Assembly (NCBI GenBank): GCA_010405405.1
Contig: MU004230.1
Span: 1,956,627 to 2,020,626 of the forward strand
Source of the DNA: Microthyrium microscopicum
Lineage: Eukaryota
DNA length: 64,000 nt
Reading direction: 5' to 3'
The first letter of the stretch is position 1, and every line of letters begins with the position of its first letter. Both the position numbers and the translations under genes were made by a program. Under the pieces are notes generated by a model. The model was given only the letters and a program-made list of their open reading frames with translations. It was not told where the DNA came from and made no database searches. This document shows, piece by piece, positions 52,401 to 64,000 of this stretch.

Positions 52401-55055
52401 TTGCTAACTTACTAGTATTTAGTTTAGATAGTATTTAAATAATATACTAGTTTTTAACTAACTTTCCTCTATATTATAAAATATAAGCTTCTTTAATATA
52501 TAGAATAACCTAATTACTATACCCTAGACTAGAGTATAACTACTACGTAAGCATAATAGGTTATATAGAACTATAACCTTAGGAAAGTATTATTAGTAAA
52601 ATAAGTAAAGGAAGAATAAGATTAGACTTAAAAAGTATACTAGAATTATTCTATTATAACTAGTAAGCCTATCTATAAAATAAAATTTCTAAATAAAGAA
52701 GTAATTAGTTATTATTAATAAGCCTATTATAGATAGTAGTCTATAGTAGGCTATAACTAATAAAGGGTAGTAATATTATTTATATTCTATATATAATATC
52801 TCTAAGTAGTAAGTAGTTATAGTATTTAGTATAACTAAAATACTAATTAATTAATAGTTAAAAACTACTTATATTATTATAAATTAACCTAGCGCGATAT
52901 AATATATTAATATAGAACGTATTAATATTAAAAATGTTAAGACTTTTTTTTAAAAGAAAAAAATTAATATAAAAAATACCTTACTATTTTAATCTTTTCT
53001 AGAAAGCATATTAGAAAAGAGCAACTAATAAAGTATAATAAGACATTTCTAATAATAAATACTAAAGCATAAATAGTTATAAAGATTATTATAATATTAT
53101 TACTTTAAAAGGGTCTTAATATTAATTAAGATCTATTAAGATGCTCTTATAGTAATTTTACTAAGTATTAGTATAAATATACTACTTAATAAGCTTTATT
53201 ATAGAAAGCTCTGCTTACTTAAGTAATACGTAGTATTAAATACTACTACTTAGTAATAGAAAGGCTTTATAGCTATCCTAGCTAGTTAATACTTATATAT
53301 TTAGAAAACTAGACTAAGTTATAAAGATAGGTTAGACTAGTAATCTCTACTAGTTTTAGCTACCTTAAAGCTAAGTAATTATTAAATAGTACTTTAAAAA
53401 GTAACTATAAGTTATTCTTTTTATTTTACTAAAATAAATATATATAATAAGTAAAATAATATCTTAATTCTTTAATAATATCTCAATTCCTTATATAATA
53501 AGTAAAATAATATCTTAATCCTTTATGTAAGATATTTCTTTATAAAGAGTAGATACCTTAATATATTTTAATAAGTTGTCTATAGAGTACGCGCTATAAA
53601 TAAAATACTAAGCATTTTATTATGAGGTATCTTACTATATATATTCTCTTAAGTAGTCTCTAAGGAGGAATAGTATAGTAAGCTTTATAATTAATTTTAT
53701 ATATATAAAAGTATACTATACTAAAGAGTATAGGATTAAGAGTAAAGAAAGCCTTTTAGCTAAGAAAGCTTACTCTATAGTAATAGGATATTATTCCTAA
53801 AGTAATACTTACTACTAGATTATTATAGTAAGACTATATAGGTATAAAACTACTATATAGTATAAGCTTAATATTATTATAGATTCTATGTGATTTTTAA
53901 TATTATATATTAGAATTTACTAAGATTTTACCTCTTTTTTTCTATAAAAGAGCTAAAAATCTATTATTACTTTACTTACTTAGCTCTTAATATAGCTATA
54001 AAGAAACTTAGTAAGACTTAGGTACGTATACTACTTGCTATATAAACTAGCTTAGCGCTACTTAGATATAATAGCTAAATTAGAGTTATAGTCTCTTTCT
54101 TACTTAATACTAAAAAATTTTACTTTATTAAACCTTCTCTACTATAATTTTATTACTTAATTATATTAGTTATACTTAATTTAATAAAGGAATATAAACT
54201 TATATACAATTTAGCTCTATAAGATTATTATATAGTAGTACTAACTATCTTAGTACTAATCTTACGCTATTTCCTTACTTTTTTTACGTTCTTATAAGCA
54301 TAGTATTCTATAATAGTAGGCTAGCCCCTTAAATATTTAAATATAGATACGTTTTATAAGATAATTAGTATTTATAAAGAATACTTACGCCTCTAGCGTT
54401 AGTAGTTCTACTAATTAGTAAGCTAAATAGTATATATAATAGTTTAGTACGTAAGCTAAGAAATATAGGCCTACTAAAACGTAACTTTACTTTATATAAT
54501 ATAAATAGAGAAGTCTAAAATACTCTATATTAATGTCTTAAAGCTTACGTAATTATATTAAAAGCTAGAAATTACTTTTAGGAATGTAAATTAGTAGTAA
54601 AGGAGTATTAAAAGATATCGTAACTAAAAGGATAAAAGTTTTTAGTAACTTAGACTTACTAAAAGTTAGTAAAGTGATTATAAGTAAAAAGGATAATGCG
54701 CTAGAATAATATTATTTAATAAGGAATTATGCCCTTCTTGCTATTAAGATATAATACTTAACCTAAAGGGATAATATATAAAGGAATAACTTAAGAACCT
54801 ATAAAAGGGATAATATCCTAAAAGGAATATTATAGCTAAGGCTTACTTATAAGCTAATTTAGTAAGGAACTACTACTACTAAGCTTTACTAAACTTTACT
54901 ATAGTTATAAATCTATAACCTTACTTTTATCCTTTTAAGAAAGGAGCCCTATAGTGCTAGCCCTAATTAAAATCCTTATATAGAGTTATTTTATTTATTA
55001 AAACTATTTTAGGGAAGATATTATAAGTATAGTCCTCCTAAAGAATATTCTCTTA

Positions 55056-55322
55056 CTAAATTTAGTAAGCTTTTCTACGAACTAATATCTTTGCTTATAA
55101 TATATCCTTATAACTATACTAAAATCTACCTATAGCTTATAGCTTTTAACTTATAAGAATATCTTCTAGAGGCGCTTTTTCCTAAATTTAGTAAGCTTTT
55201 TTATAAATTAACATCTTTACTTATAATATACTCTTATAACTATACTAAAATCTACCTATAGCTTATAGCCTTTAACCTATAAGAATATCTTCTAGAGGCG
55301 CTTCTTCCTAAATTTAGTAAGC
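55056..55322. repeat. 126-bp tandem repeat (2 full copies plus start of a third) just inside the right TIR
   Basis: CTAAATTTAGTAAGC recurs at 55056, 55182 and 55308, and the intervening sequences align. Confidence 0.9.
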
Positions 55323-55344
55323 CTCTAACTAATATCTATATTAG

Positions 55345-55526
55345 TTATTACTAATTACCTTAATTTAGGTATTAAAAAATACATAATTTTTAAATATCTC
55401 TTTTAGAATTTATCTAAAGCACTAAAATAGGGAAATAGGTATAGGAATATTGCATTTATAAAATGTAGATATTTGGACCTTTTGGTTTTGGTGAAGTAGC
55501 CAGGGTGGCCATTATGAGCCGTCATA
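55345..55526 (-). repeat. Right terminal inverted repeat (182 bp)
   Basis: Ends ...CAGGGTGGCCATTATGAGCCGTCATA, the reverse complement of the left end. Confidence 0.96.
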
Positions 55527-57947
55527 GTTCGAAAGAGCAACGGTTGCTTGACCTGCCGAAAAAGCAAGATCAAGGTCAGTCCCAGGCTCCCAGCGCCCAC
55601 ATTTCTGAGCACAACCACGTCAACCTGTAGGCAAAATAACCTAGCCCTATCGTATCCTTCCAATTATCCAAACTGTGATGATCGCCTTTCTGCATTATTG
55701 AATGGCAGGCAACGGAGTAGAGAGGACCAAGCACGGCCGTCATTTCGTTGACGACCTGTCCTGCTCAACCACAGGAAAAGAGCCAGGGATCCAGGCTAAC
55801 AAATGATAGTGCGACGAGACAATTCCTACATGTACGAGATGCGAAAGACGCGGAACTCAATGTCGCTACCCGGAGAAGTTCTCGTTCGTCAAGAGCAACG
55901 AAAGCTCTCGATCCATTTCGACCAAGGACAGCCATGATGTTACGATACCTGTCAAAACAGGCGAATATACCTTCACCACTGAGAGATTCACTGAAAGTGG
56001 AGCACTGATTCAAAAGTGGCATCGCTCCAGAATTAGCTGCCAGCCAGCCCTTGCGCAGGTTGAAAGGCAATCAATCGAGCTGATAAGGTGCCTGGATCAA
56101 GGTCGCATAGGAGCTCGAATGAACTGGTTTGGCGAGTGGGTGTCCCTAGTACCACAGCGGATAGGAACATCGGATGCACTGGATCAAGCTGTGAAGGTTA
56201 TGGCTTTGGCTTATCAAGCAATTATACGCAATGATTGCCCTTCAACTTGGATCGATCCACGCGCTTATGCTCGTGCTTTGAAAAGCTTACGACGAGCTCT
56301 CACAGATGAGACCGATTGCTGGTCTTGCGAGACCTTGACGGCCGTCACTATACTATATTATCTCGAAGTAAGTGCAGATTCCATGTGGGAGGTCTAGACC
56401 AGTTTCTGACTCGAAATGTGCAGGCCATCTTGGGCAACCCAAATGAATTCAACGCGGTCCAGCATGCCGGAGGCATTGTCCGCCTACTTGAAGTTCGAGG
56501 CCCACCACCCAATCCTTCGAGATTCGAAACATCAATCACTGCCCATTTACGTGGTCCTGTGGTAATGAAGACACTCGCTTTGATCCCAGTGTCTTAAGCT
56601 AACAACGAGAAGGTTATGAAGGCAATACAGTTTGGTGTGCCTTGCTTCTTCACATCTCCAAAATGGAGCTCGATTCTAGAGGCTGAGGAGGCGTCCGCGG
56701 CAACTCCTCCTTGGGCCCAAAGGCTAATACAGCAGTTCTTGTGGTGGAACGAGCTGATTGTGGAAGTTCGTGGGTATCTCAATGGTCAGCTTTCGATAAC
56801 AAAAATTGGAGATCTCCAGAACAGACTTTCAGCCACAAAAATGATCTTGGATTCAATCAACGAGGACATTGAAGAAGAGCTTGCCAACGAGGAGCATATC
56901 AAGTCAGTGATTAATGCCAAAGCCGATTCAGCGTTTGAAAAAGCATTTAGTCCAAAGAGTTATGCCTTTTCAAGTCTGAGCATGATACATGCTGGCTTCT
57001 CATTTGCGATCGACAGAATGCTATTTCTAACAAACCGAAGCAATGTAACACCATGCTTCCCAGGCGTCGATAGACCATGGACTATTCAAAAGCCGCAGAT
57101 TTTCGCTAGAATGTGGCAGACCCACCAATACGCATTAAAATTACGACCTGTCGGAGCATCGTTTATGCATCTACCACTTATGCTAGCATTCATGCATGCG
57201 GAATCTGACGAAACCAAAGCTCTTATTCTCGATGCCATAAACCAAATTAACGAACATCGGCTGGAACAGGGACAACGATTTGTAGCTGCCTCGGTGGCAT
57301 ACATAGCAAAGTTATATACAGGCGAAGTGCCGCCAATACCAGCCGCGTCATGATTTATGCTTATACCAGACTCAAAGCAAATAGTGGTCTCCAAGGCCCG
57401 GCACAATTATTGTTCAAAATTTCGATGGCTAGATTAGAATCCAGATAGAATGCAGAACTAGAGTAACGTCGTATCCTTGAGCGCCAGAAATCCAACTCTT
57501 AAAAGTTTGACGTCACGCTGTATTTGAGGTAATTGTTCAAAGTCGGCATCTTCAGCCTTGTAAATCGTTATGCAGCTGGGTTGCGACTCCGTGGAGGCAA
57601 CTCGAGCGCAAGTTTAAACTTATCTCAAAATTTCCTCTTTCGGAATCATCCTGCGACACTGCATAAGATCGGCACCTGTCACTTAGTGGCGATTTCTACT
57701 GCTTTCTGAGCCACAAATGTCATTCTTGACTTGGTAGTCGTAGAGGAATATTTCATAGGCCTATTCTGGTCCAAAAATAGCCGAAAACAAGATATAAGAC
57801 TCGAGCCTGCAGACCTTTTGTGCTGAAATGCAACACAGCACCTTTGCATCCGACTTCCAATACCCTCACCAGCACCTCGGGTTTAACGCAACATCAAAAC
57901 AATTTCTCTTGCGAATCCTTCCGATTCATTAATTACTAAACCTCAAC

Positions 57948-58169
57948 ATGTGCCTCTCTTTACGCACCCGTCCCCAAGACATGACAAATCAAGGACCTCT
58001 CAAGGAGCAAGGCCCCCATCCCGTCAACGTTCCAGTCTATCACCAACCTGTGAGAAGCAGAATCATGGGGCCTAAACTAGAGCGCCTTTATCGGGACGAT
58101 GTAGCTCAATATGGCGTGGAAACTGCAGAAGATATGCATCGCCAGAGACTAAGACGTCTGAAAATGTAA
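57948..58169 (+). CDS. Possible small hypothetical protein (73 aa, or first exon of a longer gene)
   Basis: ATG in CTCAAC context with a TATA-like element and pyrimidine-rich leader upstream. Ends at a GTAAGT that could be a splice donor. No recognised family. Confidence 0.3.
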   Translation: MCLSLRTRPQDMTNQGPLKEQGPHPVNVPVYHQPVRSRIMGPKLERLYRDDVAQYGVETAEDMHRQRLRRLKM

Positions 58170-59477
58170 GTGACCGACATTGCAAACATTTATCTGGGGA
58201 GAAATCGCTAACTGCGTTGCAGAGGCGCCATGGCTAGTGCTTGCGCTTGAAGATGTTCTTGCTTGTCTGAGTAATCTTGTGATAGTAGTTGGTTGGAGTA
58301 GTCTCCTGATAATGGTTGGTTTGCGGTTTTGCTGTCCTGTCGCCATCTTCCAGTTCATGTTAGACGATTACCTTAGAACAAATCTGAACAATTACTTCAA
58401 GTATACCCAAGAACAATAGCGGTTCGCCTTGTAAGGTGCCCCCCAAATCAACTATTGCCATATCTGGATTGTTGAGTGGCAATTGCTCGATCCGCTTCGC
58501 AGTGTCTGCATAGGGTAAATCCTCCTGATGGTCGCTTACTTTCCCAAGTTCCACCAAACGGAAATTTGAACTTCAATGTGCCTGGTAGTCCGTATTTTGA
58601 TAGAATCACACTTTGAAGTCCCTAGGACATGTGAACAGTTGGTAGAGCATATACAAGTTCTTCAACTTCAAGCCTGAATCTCTCCTGTCCTCCAGATCGA
58701 AGCATATGAGTTCTCTGATGTATTGAATAATAGCATGTTTGAGATCTCTTGTATGATCTGAACAACAAGAGGTAGGCAATACCGTATTCCCATTCTCAGT
58801 TTTTAGCTTAGCAATGCTTCATAAGTTCATATGGGAGTTGGTGACCAGGTTACCGTATGTTGTGCTGTGCGCGATAGCTCCCGAGGCCACGGCCCGCAGG
58901 TTTGCGAGCAACAATATCGTTTCTATATTGTGCGTGTTGGCAGCCGTCTGCTGGTTATAAAGATATCAGAGCGTTCCATGCTCTTGCGCGTGCTCGTTGG
59001 CTTTGTATCAAGTAGTTGTAGTCTGTAGAGATGTCCATAGCGTTCAAATGTTTACCTTCAGTTCCTGTCGACCACCAGTACCAGGGGGTCCAACGTAGAT
59101 CCTCCGATCTAACTGTATCCAATCATCTAACAACCAAATCTAAGCCAAGCAAGTCCAACCTTATAGCGCACGGTCTCGGCTTTGAAGCGATTATTTTCCT
59201 GCCACGCCTGCTCTAACGCGCGCTACCTTTTTGGGTCTGCCAAGTCTCCTTGTGTCTTATTCTCGACACCAACGCCCTCCACCTTCACGTCAACCTTTTA
59301 CCCACTCCTTATCAACATTCAATTGTCTGTCCACAATCACACTTGACAATCATCCTCCATCATCTAAACCTATCACTCATCAACTCCAAGCTTATTATAG
59401 GCCTCGTTTGAGCTTCTTTATCCTTGCCTGTCCCGTTTTATATCCACGACACGACCTTTCGCAAGCAGGCTACCATT

Positions 59478-62400
59478 ATGGCGCCTGCTCGCGCGTCCAA
59501 CAGCGGCTCTGAGGCTTCCTCATCCGCTGACGTGTCTATGACCGACGCGCTTCCTGGCGCGTCGCGTAATAATGGCACATATCTTACTGTAGTAAGTTTC
59601 CAGCCTTGGCGCGTCGCATTGAACTTTAAGAAGAAAATCAGTCTTCTATCTGTTATGTAACGCCTGCTAACTAGCTATTGCTACAGGATGCACAAGAAAC
59701 TCCAGATTACACGGTATGTACCCTTATAAGTGGCGGTTTTCAGGCTGAAATGCTGACTTGGACAGGACTCGGACACCAACCCAAACACCACAGCTAGCAG
59801 CGTTGCTGGTGATCGCCCGGATGGCCGCAAACGACGATCTGAAGCGCATCAACTTCGAAAGAACATGTTTGGCAAGAAGTTGAACCAACTCGATCAATCC
59901 AAGGTAGATCATGACTCTCCTTAGCAACATTGAAACGCGATGCTTACACAAACTTAGGAAGCCGATTCCATAAGACGATTTCGCTATCTGCTTGGACTAA
60001 CCGATCTGTTCCGCCATTTCATCGAGACCAATCCAAATCCTAGAATTCGCGAGATTGTGGAGGAGATCGATCGCCAAGATCACGAAGAGGAAGAAAAGGC
60101 AAAACGAAGCCATGCGCGTAAAGGCGGAGCCAATGTCGAGCGCCGTCGTCGTACTGAGCAAGAAGAGGATGCCGAACTCATTAGAGATGAGAAGCGGGGT
60201 CAAAATGCCACAACCTCTTTTAGAGAGTCACCAGGCTGGATTCATGGTGGAAAGATGCGAGACTATCAAGTCGCGGGCCTGAACTGGCTTGTGTCTCTTC
60301 ACGAGAATGGTATTTCTGGTATCTTGGCCGACGAAATGGGTCTTGGAAAAACTCTGCAGACGATCTCTTTCCTCGGCTATTTGCGCTACAACTGCGGTAT
60401 TAATGGTCCACATCTGATTGGTGTACCAAAGTCAACGTTGGACAACTGGAAGCGCGAATGCAACAAATGGATTCCCGACATTGACGTTCTGGTTCTCACC
60501 GGTGCCAAGGAGGAGCGTCACAAGCTCATTCAAGATCGCCTGGTCGATGAGAAGTTTGATGTTTGTATCACAAGCTACGAAATGATTCTACGCGAAAAAT
60601 CGGCCTTGAACAAGCATGCTTGGGAGTACATTATCATTGATGAAGCTCATCGTATCAAGAACGAGGAGTCATCTTTGGCTCAAATCATCCGCGGATTCAA
60701 TTCTCGCAACCGCCTCTTGATCACAGGTACACCGCTACAGAACAACCTTCACGAGTTGTGGGCATTGCTCAACTTTTTGCTCCCAGATGTGTTTGGTGAT
60801 TCTGAAGCGTTCGACTCATGGTTCAAGGGCCGCAATGAGGAGGAGGATACCATTGTACAACAACTTCATCGAGTATTGCGTCCGTTTTTACTTCGGCGTG
60901 TCAAGATCGATGTCGAGAAGGCTCTGCTACCAAAGCAAGAAACCAATCTCTACGTTCCTATGTCTGAGATGCAGCGCAAATGGTATCGTAAGATCCTGGA
61001 AAAGGACATCGACGCTGTCAATGGCGCTGGTGGAAAGAAAGAATCAAAAACACGACTTCTCAACATTGTCATGCAACTTCGCAAATGCTGCAACCATCCA
61101 TATCTTTTCGAGGGAGCCGAGCCTGGTCCACCTTATACAACTGATGAGCATTTGGTCGACAATGCTAAGAAGATGGTGATTCTTGACAAACTTCTCACTC
61201 GTCTTCAGGGCGAAGGCAGCCGCGTTCTCATTTTCTCTCAGATGAGTCGTATGCTGGACATTCTTGAAGATTATTCAGTCATGCGCGGCTTTCAATATTG
61301 TCGTATTGATGGTTCTACGGCTCACGAGGATCGTATCAACGCCATTGATGAATACAACGCACCAAACTCGAAAAAATTCCTGTTCCTCCTCACCACTCGC
61401 GCTGGTGGACTTGGTATAAACCTGACCAGTGCCGATATTGTTGTCTTGTATGACAGTGATTGGAATCCACAGGCCGATCTCCAAGCTATGGATCGTGCTC
61501 ATCGTATTGGTCAGACTAAGCAAGTCAAGGTTTACCGGTTCATCACTGAGCATGCCATTGAAGAAAAAGTCCTGGAACGTGCTGCTCAAAAGCTTCGTCT
61601 TGACCAACTGGTCATCCAACAAGGACGTGCCCAACAACAAGCAAAGCAAGCTGCATCTAAAGACGAATTGCTCAACATGATTCAGCATGGAGCAGCGGCT
61701 GTTTTCAACGAAGCTGATGCCGAGAAGGACGATCAAGAGGGAGAAGACCAAGACACGATTGAGGCTCTTCTTGCCAAAGGACAAGAGCGAACAGCTCGAC
61801 TAAATCAAAAGTACGAAACCCTTGGTATCGACGACCTTCAAAACTTCAAATCGGAATCGGCATATGAATGGAATGGCGAGAAGTTCATTCCTTCGAAAAA
61901 GGAAGCCGTTTCACTTGCATGGATCTACCCACAAAAGCGCGAGCGGAAGAAGGAGACATATTCTATTGACAAGGCATATCGTACTATGCTCCATACCGGT
62001 GGTCGAACTGCAGATACCCGTGTGAGAATTCCACGAGCACCGAAACAGCTGAATGTGCACGACTATCAATTCTTCGATCCTCGTCTTTCTGAAATATATG
62101 AGAAGGAAACCGCATTCTACCGCAAGGAGAATAACATCAAGGCGCCGCTAGAAGAGGGCACCGAGGAAGATTTGGACGAGCGCACTGCTACTCAAGAGTC
62201 TCAACAAGAAGAGATTGACAACGCCGTTCCACTCACTGAAGAGGAGCAGGCAGAAAAGGAGCAGTTGGAGACTCAAGGCTTCGAATTATGGAACAAGCGT
62301 GACTTTCAACAGTTTGTCAACGGTAGCGCCAAATACGGCCGAGACAACTGGGAGGGCATTTCAAAAGAGGTCGACAGCAAAACTCCAGCCCAGATCAAAA

Positions 62401-63119
62401 AGTATGCCGCAACCTTCTGGAAAAAGTACACCACCCTTGCCAACTACGAAAAGTATATTGCCATCATTGACGAGGGCGAAGAACGTACTCGCAAGATCAG
62501 CAATCAGCAAAAGATGCTGCGCAAGAAACTAGGCATGTATCGTGTCCCTCTTCAGCAGATGAAACTCAATTACACCGTCTCAACTACGAACAAGAAGGTG
62601 TATACCGAAGATGAAGATCGCTTCATTCTCATCATGCTTGACAAGTATGGCATCGATACTGATGGTATCTATGACAAGATTCGGGATGAAATCCGCGAGT
62701 CGCCTGTCTTCCGCTTTGATTGGTTCTTTCTGAGCCGTACTGCCGTGGAGATCTCTCGTCGTTGCACCACTCTGCTCAACACTGTGGTCAAGGAGTTTGA
62801 GACTTCGAGCTCGAATGGAAAGATTGCTGCCCCTGCTACCAATGGCAAACGCAAGGCGGTCGAGGAGCCGTCCGATGAGGAGGAGGAGCAGCCGGCCAAG
62901 AAGAAGAGCAAAGGTGCTGCCAAGGTAAGTCCTGCATCATTTCAGTCTATGATAGTATATACTAACATGTTACAGAACAAAACTCTTGATGTGATTAAGG
63001 GTGGAAAAGGTAGCGGAAAGGGTAGTAAAGCTACATCAGCATCATCTTCACGAGCAGCCAGCGTCAGCTCTGCTGCGCCTACCAAAAAGTCTGCCAAGGG
63101 TCGAAAAAGCAAAGGCTAG
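59478..63119 (+). CDS. ISW2: ISWI chromatin-remodelling ATPase (SNF2 helicase + HAND-SANT-SLIDE), about 5 exons
   Basis: GILADEMGLGKTLQTISF, IIDEAHRIKNE, MQLRKCCNHPYLF, DWNPQADLQAMDRAHRIGQ, SLIDE KVYTEDEDRF...FRFDWFFLSRT. Small 5' exons from MAPARASNSG. Last intron about 62924-62975. Confidence 0.95.
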
Positions 63120-63570
63120 AGATGTGAAGGCTTGCGTTGCGAATATGAGACTCTTTTGAGGGCTTATTGTTCGACTACTACGATTGCATGTGCATGGCGT
63201 TCTTGGTTAGTCGGGGACTCCACAGAAGGCATGGTTATGGGACTTTATAGACACGGAAATGTAAAAGTAGCGAAAATGATCACTGAATCGAGTATATGTA
63301 TTAATCCAAGATTGATTGAAACTTGGCGCTTGAATCGACTATGCCTGGCTACAATAAGCCTAATAGAGTGTCCTGCCTGAAATTAGCTCTCTCTAAGAGA
63401 ATATGGAAAATGCAGAAAGCCAAGATGCAAAAGTGCTTCAGTAATCAAAATTCTCGATCATTATTTTATCAGCCCCGTCTTGAAACATTTGGAAATTGAT
63501 AAGATCATCATTCACACGTGAATTGGAAGGGAGAGTTCGCTGACCTTTTAATCAAGTCTCATAGCCCATG

Positions 63571-64000
63571 CTAATCAAGACTAATCTTCTTACCAGTCGC
63601 CTTGACCAAAGCGCCTGATGCTTTGGCTGGCTTTGGACCCATTGTTGCATGACGTCTGCCTGTCTCCCAGGAGTTACCGCCAACAGGTCTCTCTTTGTCG
63701 TCTCGCCGTTTCTCTCGCCGCCGTTCATGTGCAGATGTATCTTTCTTCTTCACGAACTCCACCTTAGCAGCACCCTCACCAGCATCTTGCTCTCCATCCT
63801 CGCGTTTAGTCCCTTGACCAAAACGGCGCTTATAACGCACCGACGCATCCTCAGCAAACTCGCACCGTAGTGTCCGGCCTTCTAGCTTATTGACCATCTT
63901 CCGTGTTTTAGACCTTGTTTTCGGGGCTTCGTCCTCGTCCTCATTCTCCACGCTAATCCACCCACGCACTGCCGCCGATGAAGCCTCAAGCTCAGCAAAT
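63571..64000 (-). CDS. C-terminal part of an RRM RNA-binding protein (Nop13/Rnp24-like nucleolar protein), partial
   Basis: End of an RRM (LEGRTLRCEFAEDASVRYKRRFG) and a basic tail ending SGALVKATGKKISLD*. Confidence 0.65.
   Translation of the reverse strand, partial: FAELEASSAAVRGWISVENEDEDEAPKTRSKTRKMVNKLEGRTLRCEFAEDASVRYKRRFGQGTKREDGEQDAGEGAAKVEFVKKKDTSAHERRREKRRDDKERPVGGNSWETGRRHATMGPKPAKASGALVKATGKKISLD

Larger units (their letters stand above)
44117..55526 (+). mobile_element. Complete 11,410-bp TIR DNA transposon, IS3EU-like, inactivated by RIP; TSD GTTCG at 44112-44116 and 55527-55531
   Basis: 182-bp inverted termini, identical 5-bp flanking direct repeat, abrupt AT-rich/TpA-rich composition with no internal ORF of 60 aa or more, and an internal DDE transposase relic. 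Confidence 0.95.
44103..57353 (+). pseudogene. Zn(II)2Cys6 transcription factor interrupted in codon 5 by the 11.4-kb transposon (pieces 44103-44116, 55532-55574, 55810-56367, 56424-56561, about 56613-57353)
   Basis: Removing the element plus one TSD copy and splicing intron 55575-55809 gives MVGVRKSNGCLTCRKSKIK/CDETIPTCTRCERRGTQCRYP (C-x2-C-x6-C-x6-C-x2-C-x6-C). This is in frame with the ORF at 56119 and the QHAGGIVRLLEVRGP fungal TF-associated region. Confidence 0.9.

Noticed and set aside
44117..55526. Alternative identities for the AT-rich block: Starship, LTR retrotransposon, centromere or mitochondrial insertion
   Set aside because: The ends are long inverted repeats rather than direct repeats, the first gene relic is a DDE enzyme rather than a tyrosine recombinase, no RT or organellar genes are recognisable, and the AT richness is TpA-biased as expected from RIP.
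55403..55663. 86-aa minus-strand ORF
   Set aside because: It is read-through from the antisense TF intron/exon into the right TIR. The same MTAHNGHP frame occurs in the left TIR, so it is a by-product of the repeat.
58630..58700. AGTTGGTAGAGC resembling a tRNA D-arm
   Set aside because: No T-arm GTTCRA or acceptor-stem pairing follows.

Overview
Gene-dense, intron-containing genomic DNA from a filamentous ascomycete (Pezizomycotina, inferred from gene content, GT-AG introns with CTRAC branch sites, and RIP). About 25 genes are mostly housekeeping (COQ7, RTF1, mitochondrial SerRS, FMC1, FBP1, nudF/PAC1, STU2/alp14, GET3, RPS19, UBC12, ISWI), plus secreted hydrolases and a few orphans. The standout feature is an 11,410-bp AT-rich, ORF-less block (44117-55526). 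It is one complete DNA transposon with 182-bp terminal inverted repeats (TATGACGG...CCGTCATA), a 5-bp target-site duplication (GTTCG), subterminal repeats, and a RIP-destroyed DDE transposase of IS3/IS481 integrase-core (IS3EU-like) type that becomes readable after back-mutation. About 9 kb of further degenerate, probably coding, sequence is unidentified. The element sits in codon 5 of a Zn(II)2Cys6 transcription factor. Its ATG (44103) is now 11.4 kb from the otherwise intact remainder (55532-57353). All exon boundaries were read by eye and no database searches were run.
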